A stretch of DNA of 64,000 nucleotides from Adineta vaga (taxonomy: Eukaryota; Animalia; Rotifera): assembly GCA_021613535.1 (NCBI GenBank), contig CP075497.1, forward strand, positions 9,052,001 through 9,116,000, given 5' to 3'. The notes beneath the pieces were generated by a model. The model saw nothing but the letters and a program-made list of their open reading frames with translations, did no database searches and was not told the origin of the DNA. The stretch's first letter is position 1. Each line of letters opens with the position of its first letter. The translations under genes were made by a program, and so were the position numbers. Shown here in pieces: positions 36,135 through 49,930 of this stretch.

Positions 36135-36930
36135 TCAAGTGATGATTGCGAACCTCGACCGTCGCCTAATCGACTTGATTGTGTTAATAATTGATATAAT
36201 TGTTCATCATTTAAACAACCATCGACAAATTCTTCTCGACTTAATATTCCATCAGAATTTTTATCCATCATTGTAAATATATTCATTGCACGTTCTTCTG
36301 CTTCAATTTGACGTTCTTGTTTGTCGATTTCATCACCAATTAATTCATAAATAGCCTTTTTAACGAAAAAGAAAAAAAAAACAAATCGATTTTTCTATTT
36401 GAATTTTTAAGATTAACTTACTCCAATAATACGTCTCATTTCTGCTTGATCAATCGAGCCATCTCCATTACAATCATACATCCGAAATGCCATATCTAAC
36501 TTTTTATCAGGTGTACCTTGGGATGTAATGTTAATTGCTTGTAAAAATTCTTTAAAATCAATTTTTCCACTATTATCTAAATAATTCAATCATTAACAGT
36601 ATTAATCATTGTCGTTTCGCTCAATTTTGTACTTACCAGTGTCAAAAGCACGAAAGACATGTTCGCAAAAATTTTCCGCGCGACCTTTGGGAAAAAACTG
36701 TCTGTAAATTTGAATAAATGAATCGCGTGTCAATTCACCGTTGGGACAATCTCGCTAGAGTATAATAATAAAAAACAATTGCACACAGTTATAATCTATA
36801 AAAACAAATCTCGTCATACCATGAAACCTCTGTACCACGTTTTGATTTTCTTTTCCGAATATGACGTATGGGTTTTTAGAAATTCAAGATCTCCTTTGGA
36901 TAATTCATGCTTGGAACTCTTACATCCCAT
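36135..36930 (-). CDS. Neuronal calcium sensor (neurocalcin/hippocalcin/NCS family)
   Basis: 4 exons; myristoylation-type [42 protein letters not shown] loops [38 protein letters not shown]; not in the ORF track. Confidence 0.93.
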
Positions 36931-39121
36931 CAACAAAAGTTGAAAACATGTGTTTCTAAAAGAATGAAAAAGCAATGTATATATTCAAAAAGACGTATGA
37001 ACAAAATATAGTAACTATAGAGTATAAGAGGAATTCGTGCTTTTTGCAACTTTTTTTTTATCCGCTTTGTAAAAAGATAATGAATGAACAGAGTTTGAGT
37101 TTCATTAATCATTACTCAATGCATCTGCATGCATTCGTCTTAAATTAACACTCATTAGTGATTTGCATAAATATATATACACACATATTCTTTCTTTCTT
37201 GCTTTCTTTCGGCTAACATCGAGACAATAACGAAGGAGAGTTAATCTTCCATTTTCTTCCGCTTTTTCTTATAAGATTAGCATCCTTATTCGACATCATC
37301 TGTCACATCACACAATCATATTCTCATAAACATACAAACATTATTTATTAAGTTTCTTATTCAAGTAGAGATCTAAAGCGAATCCGATAGTTTGAAAGTA
37401 AAATAGATCAATATGTAAACATGAATACATAGAATGACAGAAGTCTGTCCGTCAGTCAATCAATCGCTAGAGAAATTATCCATACAGCAACTTCGAACCT
37501 TTTTCTTTTTCTCCTTCGCAACTTGTCACATCATTAATCTGTTTTAACTGAAAACTGATTCCGATAGAGAAAATGACATATAACACATTTCAGTTGATAT
37601 ATGATTTCTCGAATTTAGTCTGCTATTCTATCAACATTTATGTTATTTTCTCTACTCGATTGATAACGATGTAAATACTAAATATTCCAATCATCATCAT
37701 GTATTTTCCTATGTATATACTAATCATTACATGAAAGAAATGGTTTAAAATCTTACCTCGTCAATGAAAACATTAGAAGATAATCTATACTTTTTCAAAA
37801 TAATGCCAAAAATACAAAGAAAAGAAAAACATATTTTGCCTAATATAAGAAAAGCAAATCGAGAAAGTCGATTGATGAAGACAAATAGAATCTAATCATT
37901 GATATACAAGAACAAAAAAAGAAAGCAACAAGTATCTTTTGCTACTAACGTCAAAATTCTAATCAATAAATGCACGCATGCATATACTATTCATAAGAAG
38001 CTCATTTCGCATATTGTAATTGGGAAGCTGGAAAATATTCACAAGGTTTTCAATGTTATTTGTCATCATGGAAAGGGACGAAGAAGAAAATTTAAGATGT
38101 GAATGCATATATAAGATTAAAGAGCACGCTTAGAATTGAAAATACTTATTAGTTATATTATTGAGATTCGACATAACTTTTCGATGTCTTCAAAAAAAAA
38201 GAATAAAAGAAATAAAGTCATTCTAAACGATTGAACATTTAGATTTCCCAGATGGCAAGTAGCCGATGTAAAGAATAATAAATATGAAACATTATATTTA
38301 GGGAAAAAAAAGAAACGTGAATTCTGACAAGTCATTTCAGTTTTCTACTTTATAGAATTGTACTTACTTAGATAGAAATATTGAAATATAAACGGTACGT
38401 TGTGATTAACGTTACCAAAAATATGAATTCGAATGAATAAAACCTGGAATAAAATAGAAAAGAATGTTATTTTTCTCGAAAGTTAATGCCAATGGAAAAA
38501 AAACAAGTAGTGATCTATTTAATGATAAACTCTGCTTTTCCTTTCTTTTATTCTCGATTCTGAATACATTCATTGAGCCGGTGGTTTATTTAACGGCAAT
38601 GATGATGCTTCGAGAATCTAATGCGAATAACGACGATCGAGAAGAGATGAATATAATAAATGGAGAAGAGAGAAATGAAGAGTAATAGTGGGAGTAAGAG
38701 AAAGAGAAAGAGAAGAGACTAACTAACAATATATATATATACAAAATTGTCATACTTGTTAAAAAAAAGCCTCTCGAGATAGTAAAGAAGAAGTCGAGAA
38801 TATATATGGGTGTTTCTTAAGAATCTTCAACTGATTGTAATCGCATTTTATATTAAAATTTGATGCTGCTCTGTTCTTGATTATATCGACATACTATAAT
38901 TATCATTTTTCTAAGTGTGAAAAAGAATGAATCTGCACTCGGTTTTTTATCAATTCTACTTTTTAATATAATTCTGTTGAGAATAAAGAGAAAAATAGCG
39001 GAAAAAAGAAAATGAACGAGCAGTAGACTGTTACTCTCTGTCATTATAACTACTCGTGCTATTCAATAATTGAATGAACCAATTTGTGTATGTAACAATA
39101 CCTTCATTTTTTCTCTCCTTC

Positions 39122-39163
39122 GCTTCGTCTTCGTCTTCGTCTTCGTCTTCGTCTTCTTCTTCT
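39122..39163. repeat. (TCTTCG)n / (TCT)n microsatellite
   Basis: gcttcgtcttcgtcttcgtcttcgtcttcgtcttcttcttct. Confidence 0.85.
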
Positions 39164-39410
39164 TTTTCATTATTGTTCTCCCTGAAATGTTGCCGGATGT
39201 CGAGAAGAACATGCAATGTGAACAACAATAACATTTTGCCGTGTTTTAATGATTGACAATATCCTTGTCATTTGCATCATGATTACTTTTTATTGTTAGA
39301 AAAGAAAAGGAAAGAAAAACAGTTTACATTTAAAGTCATAATATATAAAAAAATTTTTTAGTTTATTTTCATCGGCAAACAAACAAAACAATAAGCGAAA
39401 GGTATTGTTT

Positions 39411-41018
39411 TTAAACGGATAATAATAGAACAATCGGACAATGATCTGAACCATAAACACCCGTTTGATGTATCACGTCACAGAGATTTTCTCCTAAACG
39501 AGAGGAAATAATAAAATAATCTAAACGCCAACCAATATTTCGATCACGAGCATTTCGAAAATATGACCAATAAGTAAAAGCATTGCGTTCTTCAGGATAA
39601 AGATGACGAACTAAATGAGTAAGAAAAGATATTTTAACAATCAAGTTTTCTTCTTCATTAATTGAATAGATTTAGTTATTTGAAGAACTCATAACGATAA
39701 GTATGCCTGAAGTCAAAATGAAATCAATTATTGATAAACTATTTATTTCAAAAGATATTATCTCTAATCACTTCTATTGAAATATCTATAGAGGAGTTTT
39801 CTCTCTCTCTCACTCTGTCGCCTTCGGCAGTTTACATCAATATTTTAAAATGTTTGATCTTAAATAAATAATTAGTTTTCATATATATATATATATATAT
39901 CTTTTAAGAAGACGTTTACTTACATGAGTCTATGAAACCATCAGCAAGAACTTTTGCAAAATCATCACGTTCTTCTTGAGTAAATCCGGCAGTTTTTGTA
40001 TTGGATTTAGCATTAGCTAAATCAACACTTTGATGTGATACATTCAAATCTCCACACCTAGTCAATAGAAAAAAAACCCTTTATTAATATACAAATGAAA
40101 AACTTATTAATAAATCATTTACCATATCACAGGTTTCTTTTTATTAAGTTCATTTAAATAAGTTCGAAATGCTTCATTAAATTCTTGACGATAGTTAAGA
40201 CGAACTAATTTATGACCACTATTTGGTATATATGAAACAATAAAATAAAATTTATCATATTCAGCAGTAATAACACGTCCTTCAGCATCATGTTCAACTT
40301 TTCCGATACCGAATTTTACATCAATTGGATCGATTTTTGTCAGAAGACCAACACCAGAATAACCGGCTAAATTATAATCAAATCAGAAGTTAAAATTCAT
40401 GAATTAATTCCTCTTCATACCTTTATCACCAGAGAGCCAATAAGATTTATAACCAGTTGGTGTTGCTTCAGTTGGAATTTTTTCTTTATCACATTTTAAT
40501 TCCTAGAAATGTACAGTTGATATTTCATATGAAATAAATCATCTCTTTGTACTTGAAAGCAGATCATATCTGGTTTTTCTTGTTCAATATATTTTAATCC
40601 ACCATTTCTTAACCAACCACGAATGCCATTGATATTCCATGAGGCTAATTTTAATGTAGCTTTTTCACCTTTCGATGATAAACGATCAGAAGTTTTTAAT
40701 GTCATTGTTTTTGGTAATTGGATTTCTTCATCTTCAAGTTCTTGTGTAGTTCCAAGTGAAGCATCATCATTAATAGATGCAACCTTTTTAACATTCTATA
40801 ATTATATTTCATGATGAAGACATAGTTTATCATGTAGGTGTATTTACCTTGTCTACTGACGCAGAAATCTTTCGTTTTACACCTTTTTTAGGAGTCTTAT
40901 TAACAACTGTAATTATGGATTGATCTTCTTCTTCTTCTTCAACTGTTGATTCAATATTTTTGGAATTTCGTTTTGGTGCATCATTTTTAATTGCTTTTCG
41001 TTTTACCACTTTTGGCAT
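39411..41018 (-). CDS. APEX1: AP endonuclease 1 (ExoIII family)
   Basis: Multi-exon; KLASWNINGIR, PDMICFQELKC, GYSGVG, DAEGRVITAEY, YIPNSG, CGDLNVSH, AGFTQEER, TYWSY..NAR.RNIGWRLDYF, GSDHCP. Confidence 0.96.
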
Positions 41019-41841
41019 CTGAAAAAAGAGATCGAAGAAAATGAAAACTCTGGTAACCATAGGATACATATGGAAACAAATTCAAATCGAATGACGAATC
41101 AATATTGAATAATCTACTACTATGTGAAATGATTTAAAAAGATCATCTCTTTCATTATTCATTCAGGTGAACCAAGCTATTCAAGGTTATTCTATTTGTC
41201 CATGTTTTATATTAAATCAATTGTTATTGTTTATGCTTGATATTTTCCAATATTGTAATGCCCATTAACTCGTCCTTCTGCATAACTGGATAATAAATTA
41301 AAAGAATAATTTGCACGAAACATCAAGCAGAATATACGATCGTTATAATCTTCTCTCTTCTCCTCATTTCTATTTCATCAAATACATTATAACCAGAAAG
41401 ATACATCGCCTGACATGTGTACATTAGTTGTCAATAATATTCCGTTCGATTTCATCATAAAAGAATAGTTAAGTCGGAATGATTCAGTTCATAACTTGAA
41501 AGTATTCATCTACATAATCTCAAATCACAACCTTCATTTCAAAATGAATTTCTAGAAGAAAAGAAACAATAAACTGAACTTTTCTTTTTCAATTCTATAC
41601 AAATAAATTTATCCGTTATTTATTTTTTTATTGATATCGAAACAAAAAAAGAATGAGAGAAAGTCAGATTGACATATAGAGCAAATAAACAGACATAATC
41701 AAGAGAATAAAATTGAGATTTCCACACAATTACACACTGAATATTGCTTGATAAGAATAGATACAGAATAGTTATCAATAGAAACAACAAAGAAGACGAG
41801 TAGAATAAATGACATCAGATGTCAAAGAAGAATTAATTCGT

Positions 41842-44800
41842 TTAAACATTTGTTTGTTCAAAAGATTCAGGTGAAATTAGTAGTTGTATATGTCGAGCTA
41901 GACGCACCGTATTTTTTTCTTCAATAATATCCTGAGCACTACATAGATCAATCTAAGAATTGGAAAAAAATCTTCTCTTAGATAAAATTCATTTGAATTT
42001 TTCAAGGTGTTGGAGAGAAATAAAAAATAGAAATAAACTATTAAGTGAATTCATATGTGCAAGACATAATTTGCGTTAAATAAAAGCAAAAAAAATAGCT
42101 TCTCCCCAAAGAATGATTACCATTTAATGATATCAATACACCAAGATGTTCGTCTGTTTTATATCAGAAGAAATTAGTTTATAATAATGAGATCAAGAAC
42201 ATATAGTGCTTAGTCTCTCTTAGTTACAAATGTGCGAACTTCTAATTCGTCTGATGTCGTAACCTTTAAAAGCAATCTATATAGACTACAGTTCAATGAC
42301 TTACTTCTGGTACACCAATACGTCGACTTGCTTCAACGAAATTCTCGACATTACGTCGACATTTTGCCAATGATAGCTTAGGCTAATAGATAATCATAGG
42401 AAATATTGATTGATTTATGAATATATCAATAGTAATCTTACCACTGCTTGAGAAGGTACATGAATACTTTGTACAGCACGTGGTCGAATTTGATTAATAA
42501 AATGACAGAGAACTACACCATCACTCAATGCATAAGCAATATCGTCTGGTAATGCCATTTTAACACGTTCTTCTATCATCTAGAAAAGCGGTAGGATTAC
42601 AATCAATGAATTAGTTGAGATTATTCGTTCATTTACTCTTTTCATTTGATCAATTTGCAAAGTGTCTTCTTTAGCTTGAAGAAGATGTCGACGAATAGTG
42701 AACGCTGGATTACTTCCTGGATTATCCAATGGAGATGGTTGATGTTGACCATTTTTTATTGGAATTACTAAAAATAAATTATTTATTTATTCTTTGTATC
42801 TACTTTTATCTTTACCTCTCGGTTGCATATGAAAACCGGGTACATTGCTCACGATCGGCTAAATAAATAAATCGAATATTAATCAATTATCGAATATCAA
42901 TTTTACTTACATTTGTTTCACGATCATCAAAATAACGTAATTTCGTTAATCGACCTTGTTGAGGCGATAGAGACGCATCGGATACATCCTACAGAAAGAA
43001 AGTATTGAATTATTAATTCACTTAATATTACAACTTCATACCCCTCGATTATAATCATTTTTCAAACTTTGTGTTGATGAACTGAAAAGAAAAAGAAAGT
43101 AAATGTAATAAAATCTACTTATATTCTTCTTACGTTGATTGATCAATGGTTTCTGAACTTATAGTAAATTGTCTATTCATTTTTGTGTTACTATCATACT
43201 GTATAATTGGTCGATTAGGTAATGTTTTTTGTTGATAATTGTATTTCATATCATTTCCACCGGATATAAAATTTGGTTCAACACTAACTGCTCGATTAGT
43301 TCGTTTATAATAGTCATCAATGGATGCATTTTCAATGGAAATTGAACGTTGATATGAATTATCATGATTATTTTGATCAGTTATGGAATTAATTAATATT
43401 GCTTCATTGAGAATTTTATTTGCTTTCGAAGATTCTACACTCGATAATTGACGAGTTAATGTGGATTTTGTGGATGATATCCATGGACGTGAATTTTGAC
43501 AATTATCTTTAGTTGGAAAATTGAATAGATGAGAGTTTTTACTAGAAGAAGAAAGAGAAATGATTGAAACTATGAATTTCATATCATACCTGTTCTCCAT
43601 TTTACGTCGAGCATCTTCACGTTGCTTTTCCATTTTAGCTAATTTTTCATCATGTAATCGACGAGCAACTTCGCGAGCTTTTGCTCTCTATGAATTTTTA
43701 AACCAAATTTTAGATGAAATGAAAACTTCAAATGGAAATCATACTTGAGTTTCTGTTTCTCCTAATTGTTGTAATAAATGACGTTTTAATTGTTGTGCTT
43801 GACATTTCTTCTTTTCATATTCAGCTTTCTGTCGAGCTAATTCCTATAATTTTTCATATGAGACATATGATGATTTAGTTCTTTCGAATTTTATCCGTTT
43901 ACTTTTGAAAATTCATCTGCTAATGTAAGCATCAATGTAGGTTCACTGCGGAGTGAATGTTCATTAGGCATACTTAATTCCGAATCATCCTAAATAATCA
44001 ACCATACCAGTAAAAATCATAATCAAGAAAAGAAAATTGATTTTCTTACATCACCAATAGTTTTTTCACTTCCTTCCGTAGTTAAGTAACCTGAATCAGA
44101 TGGTACCACTGTTTTACGTACTTTTTTACCATATTGTAATTGTCTAAAAAACAAGGAAGAGATAGACATCAATCGGTCATTTTCTTCCATCATATAATTG
44201 ATAATCTCAATACTTGACGTTTCTATTCTTGGACATGAAGACGTTGGAAAAGATAATAACTGATCTCGATTAACATTGTAACTCGGATTTATGAAAATGA
44301 TAGTCTCTCTTATGGCTACTAGCTATCATTAACGGGAGTACTTTACTCTATAATTATTTCCGATATGAAGTATAATAATGAATTATAAGCGAATTTGATA
44401 CGATCTACTATTGTCAGATTTTTAGACGAATTCATGAATTATTATAACTACGGTAATACGTTCTTACATAATGAGTCATTTAAATTTACCTTGATGTTTG
44501 ATATGAAAATGAATTTTTATATTTTTCATTAATTTCATACTCTGTCAATAATCCACGTCGTTTTTCTTCTTTCATTGCTTCGATAAGAAGAAAACGCATA
44601 ATATGAAGTAAGCCAAGAGTACAAACCTATAAAAATCAATATTCTATTTCAAGGTCATTGCTCTCGACATTGATTATCTTACTGATGCAGGTGGAATTTC
44701 TAATGGATTATGTTCGACATTAAATTCAATCAAACTATTCATTTCTCGTAAATTCAATGGTAAACGAACAATTCGATTATCAGAACAATCAAAATTGATT

Positions 44801-45819
44801 AATTTCAAAGCACATAATTCTAAATAGAAAGAATTACGAACTGTTTAATCATATGAAGAAGAAGAAGAGAATTTTGATTTTGAGCCCATTAAGCTTTAAT
44901 TTCTGATATTCTACATGCATAATAATTTAGTTTTTCTTCATTGACCAGAAAAACGAGAGAAGCATTAGGAGTGAAAAATAATACCTGTATTTGTTAATAA
45001 AATTTAACTGAATGAAATACGATAGATTTCTAAATGTGAAATGAACGAATTAATTTACCTGTTGGTAATTCATTAATCATATTTCGACGAATATTGAATG
45101 TACGAAGATTGGATAAACTTCCTATCTGATATGGTAATTGTGTGAGATCATTGGAACTGACATCCTATTTTGTTTTGATTGAAAATATATATTTCTAATA
45201 GGAAAGAAAAATAATTTTATATGTATGACTTACTAATTCAATTAATCGATCTAATTGACCGATTTCTTCAGGCAAAGAAACAAGTTTATTGTTATGGATA
45301 ATTAAAACTTCTAAATTAGGTAATTTACATAGAGCTGGTGGAATATATGAAAGTTGATTTCGACTAGAAAGAAAATTGATAAAATCAACTTTTATTTTAA
45401 TATGTCAATTAATACCTTAAATCGAGAGTTTTAAGCATGTGAATTTGAACAATATTTTCGGGAATTGATTTAATCGCATTATGATAAAGATTAAGACGTT
45501 CAAGAAAAAAAAATGAACATAAGACACGTGGAAATTCAATAAAACGATTGCGAGAAAGATCTAGGAAAGAACAATCGTTTTGTTTGTTTTCTCCTTAATT
45601 CAAAGCAAAGTAATACAAACCAGCAGTGATTGTATCTGAAAGATCACATTTATAATTGGGAAATTCTCGAAGTGTCCGACCAGTTAAGTTTAATTCACCC
45701 GTATATGTTGCTTCATCAAGTGCACGTTCAATACTTCGATTTAAATGATTAGCAGATGTAGTTTTATTAGTAGAGGAATTGGAAGTGGCATCAATACTTA
45801 AAGATGATAATGTGGCCAT
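41842..45819 (-). CDS. LRCH: LRR and calponin-homology domain protein
   Basis: N-term SIERALDEATYTGELNLTGRTLREFP, LRR exons, NPLEIPPASVCTLGLLHI, SDSGYLT, C-terminal CH domain LSDGVVLCHFINQIRPRAVQSIHVPS...CRRNVENFVEASRRIGV. Confidence 0.92.
44274..44453 (-). ncRNA. Candidate intronic H/ACA snoRNA in LRCH intron 44260-44489
   Basis: Hairpin (CCG..TATAATA/TATTATA..CGG), H box AAATAA, hairpin ACTC..AATGATAG/CTATCATT..GAGT, ACA+3 nt close to the 3' splice site. Confidence 0.45.
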
Positions 45820-47017
45820 CCATATACATACGGAATTCGATTCTATTTGACGAAAAAATACTGATTAAAAATATTAACACTTGATGGAGAACATATTGAT
45901 GGAAGATATTACTTTATTTATGTTATGTTAGTTATTTACTTACATTACAACATGTCGATGTAAGTACATAGGAAATGAACCAATAGAAACTTTACAAAAG
46001 AGGTCGCTTGACTGCGACAGAAAATATTTTAATAGAAAATTTTGTGAAAAGTAATCTATCAATACGCTTTTCGATAGATACTTAAAAATATTTTCAATAA
46101 AATTTTCCTAAAATGATAATTGAATTATGTCACCATACATTATAGATATTGACAAAAATGATCCCCTGAGATTGACGAGAACTCGTGTGATAATCCTTCG
46201 TACGTTCGTGCATACTTTCTTTATATGACGCAATAGAGATTAAAATAGACGCTATACTTTACCTGGGAAATCGAGAATATTACGTTGCGGCTTGTTCTTT
46301 TAAACTAGAAACGACCTTCATTCTCTTTCCGTACTTTACAGTATTTGTTCGGAAACAATATATGATTGATCTTTTTAATGTTTCTTAGATTTTTTAAGAA
46401 AATCGTTTGCTTCTGGCAAACTCGTCTTTTTTCATATTTAAAACTCGTCAATCAAGATCAAATTAAGTTCCTATAATCATATGATCAAGATGCTTTATTA
46501 AAGTACTTGTACGAAGTATCAGTATTGATAACAATACGGCTTTCATCAATCGAACATCGATTTTGTTCTTTTGTATGACAATAAAATGGCGAACTCTTAG
46601 ACTTATTCTATTCTCTATTGTATGTAATCAATCGTTGATGATTTATTCATTGAATACTTACTAGAAGATATCTTAACTGTTTTATCTAAACTAGAAAGTT
46701 TTATCTGCCCATTACAATATCCATTCATTAGTTTGGATAAACATAAAAATAGTTTTCCTTTCGAGTGAATATTCATTGGATATGGTTCATATAGAAGCAT
46801 TCTAGTAAGAACAATAAAGACATAGATAAACAAATGACTTGATTTATTCTATATTCTCTGTTAAATGAACTACATCTGACGATATTCTTAATTATCAACA
46901 ACTAATTATCAAAATTAATTTGCTTTTAAAACGAAAAAAAAAAGATTGATCTCAACGTAATTATGAAAGATAGCTATATAAACTGGCGCATTGTTTATTT
47001 TTCTGTTAAATTATTTC

Positions 47018-49147
47018 ATGTCCATTCATATTCGATCAAAAATATTATCTGTCATTCGATTTTATTTACTATTCATATGTATTATTTCTCGATGTTTTGC
47101 CAGTACACCTCCACATGGTGCTAGGAAAGAAACGAATCGAGCCTTGACAACTGGTGTTCGTTCGTTGAATTTTGAGAGTGATGATGAAGATAAGATGAGT
47201 CCATATGGATCGGCGCGTATATCTCCATTAACACGAACACGTGGTCTATTTAGTGATGACGAAGATGAAGGTCATGGTGCTAGCAGTAGTGGAACAAGTA
47301 GTGGAGCATCGGCATATTCATTTCGTTATCAACGACCAAGTCAATTTCGACTTGATGATATTGAAAGTGATGATGAATCAAGTTTTGAACGTGGACATAT
47401 GTCTGCGTCAGCAACATCAGGGGTATTGTAAAGCATCGATTGATTTCTACAAAATGAATAATATCGATGTATGTATAAATTTCAGATTAGTTCCGATTCA
47501 CCATCGATTGATCAATCGTATACGCGTAGAGGAAATCGTTTTTTCTTCGATCGAGGTATGGACGAAGAAAATGCGGGCACTCTTGTTGGCGTTGAATCTC
47601 CAACTGGACCGAAAATTCCAGGTGGTACGCCAACACTTGAGTTGGATAGTGGTCCTACAAAACTATATGCACGACATAATTGGAAGAAATCTTACAATAG
47701 TCCAAGTCAAATTTCATCAATAGTAATTTTTATAAATATCTGAAGAAGAAATAGATCGATTATGTGATGAATATTTAGACACCTGAACATTATCGAACAT
47801 CGAATAGATTTGCTGTGCCTGAAACACCAAGTTATGGATCAGCATCTCTCGAAGATTTTATATCACCACCAGCACGAAGTGGTCCATTAGGTTCAGGAAA
47901 AATTGGTTCTTTGACTGAACTTTATCATTCTCCTACTGCCGGTTTTAATCTCGATACAAATCTAGTGAGTTATATCAATTCTGTTTCGTTTCTTTCTAAG
48001 TTTTTTTTTTGTTCTGATAATAGTGGCCAACAGAAGATCGGCGTTATATTAAAGTAGCAAAACCTCCGCCAGCTCCTGGAAGTAAGCCTTTTGGTGTAAT
48101 GTCCATTACTGGTCGAATTATTCCGCGAGAATTTCTTCTCGCTGTTGAATACGGTCAAAAACATAGTAATAAAGCATTAAGTAGTATGAAATGGAAGAAA
48201 ACATTCATTTCGGGTAATTCTGCTACTGTCTATGGTATTGAATTAAATGGTGAAAATTTCATTCTTAAAATAACGAAACATGTTCAATTGGGTGAATCAC
48301 ATAGTGGAGAAACGCCACAATGCATACATGAGAGTGATATTAAATCTTTACAAGAATCGCTAGATCCGTGTGAACATAAACCAAAAAATGGATTGATTCG
48401 AAAATCTGCTTGTTCAGCTGAATCTGATCTAGGTGCTGAATGACTGATACATTATAATATTCATCTGTTTACTGCTCTTTTTATTTAGTACCTTTTGAAT
48501 ATTACGTTGCAGAAAAAGTTGCATTAACACGCGGTTTAGTATGTATAAAATTTAACTATCATTCACACTGTTCTATATATTGATTTTGAGTAGATGCCAG
48601 CGGCAGCAAGTGTTGCGAATACATTTGGAAAAGATGAAAAGAATTGGTATTTAATATTTGAAGAAATACCTGGTATATCTCCATTAAAATATGGTGAAAA
48701 TATCTTAGAACGACTCGCAAAGCCACTAAGTACGATCTGAAAGTTTCGCGTTTTATTTTTTCTTCAAAACAAACTCTTGCCATCTAGTTCGAGAACAATT
48801 GGAAGCATTAAAACAAATTGCTACTTGTCATATCATGCATCTGTTCGTATTTAAATAAACAAAAATACGATCGGAAAAGATCTTATTTTTGTTTTAGTGA
48901 TGCTCATTGGGGAAATATCTTATATTCTCGTGAACGTGGTATTCAATTGATTGATTTTGGTATTGCTACACTTGTTGATCAATTCGAACTACCTGATTAT
49001 AAAGCAGCATTAATTGTAACATTCACACTTGATCGTTGTCTTGATTGTGAAGCATCGAAATCTGGAAGAGATTTTCAACATTTAGTCAAAAGTCAGTATC
49101 CAATCAACGGTCATTCACTTCTCTCTCATCCATGGTTACAATATTAA
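47018..49147 (+). CDS. Divergent protein kinase-like protein with N-terminal signal peptide/anchor, 8 exons
   Basis: Exons approx 47018-47422, 47486-47722, 47779-47964, 48024-48432, 48489-48538, 48594-48729, 48788-48840, 48898-49147 join in frame; GNSATVY, FILKITK, MHLDAHWGNILY, IDFGIA, LLSHPWL. Confidence 0.8.
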
Positions 49148-49330
49148 AGACGAAAAGAAAAACAACATTTTTCTTTTCTTTTGTAAATAAATTCCTTGAA
49201 TCGATGATGTTTTTAAACAAAGTACAACAGACTCTCTTTCTGTATGTTTTCTTTACATTTGCGCATTTCTTTTTTTTCGAAAGTAAATAATACATAGAAA
49301 ATTCAACACGTAAAAACCTAACATTAATCC

Positions 49331-49930
49331 ATGGATATCAATTCAATATCTGTTAATATGGATGCATCGCCAACATTTGAAATTCAATCACCAATCGAAG
49401 CTATTCATACCGAAACAACTGATTATAGTGAAATTTTACGTCGTATAGCTGGAATTTATGTTGCATCAATTCCTTGTTTTATTGTTTGTATTGCTTTGGA
49501 ATTCGCTTTTACAATCATTACATTAGCTGTTGGTAGTTCGAATATTTCTGCATGTCCAATTGAATCTCGAATACCAATTTATTTAGTTGTATCAAGTGTA
49601 GTTAATCTTGTGAGCATTTTTTTAAGTACTACTGCGTGTGCACTTCACATAAAAGAAAAAGATAAAGATATGATCGGATTTTTTTGTGTATTTTTTTCTG
49701 CAATTGGTATCATAATTCTTCAATTGTTTCTATTTATCTGGCTCATTATTGGGACAATGTGGGTATTCCGTAATTTCAATCAAGTAGAGTACAATTCACT
49801 TACAAATCCTTCAAATTATTGTCAACCAGGTCTTTATCAATATTCAGTTATTACAATTGTTTTACAATATATTACACCACTTATTTCATGTTGCTGTAAA
49901 AATTTTGCATTTCGAAAACAGACACAATAG
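49331..49930 (+). CDS. TMEM272-like multi-pass membrane protein
   Basis: Single ORF, 4 hydrophobic segments, CPIESRIPIYLVV and WLIIGTMWVF...YC..LY motifs. Confidence 0.75.
   Translation: MDINSISVNMDASPTFEIQSPIEAIHTETTDYSEILRRIAGIYVASIPCFIVCIALEFAFTIITLAVGSSNISACPIESRIPIYLVVSSVVNLVSIFLSTTACALHIKEKDKDMIGFFCVFFSAIGIIILQLFLFIWLIIGTMWVFRNFNQVEYNSLTNPSNYCQPGLYQYSVITIVLQYITPLISCCCKNFAFRKQTQ

Noticed and set aside
37100-39300. Numerous 60-100 aa ORFs in intergenic/UTR regions (also 13.8-15.2 kb, 50.2-51.5 kb, 61.1-61.5 kb)
   Set aside because: Low-complexity F/L/I/K-rich translations of AT-rich non-coding DNA, with no motifs or splice-consistent structure
39611-39922. Long APEX1 intron with small hairpins as a snoRNA
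   Set aside because: No terminal ACA or C/D box pair on the sense strand; partly microsatellite
46254-46266. ATACTTTACCTGG resembling the U1 snRNA 5' end
   Set aside because: Imperfect match with no U1 stem-loops or Sm site downstream
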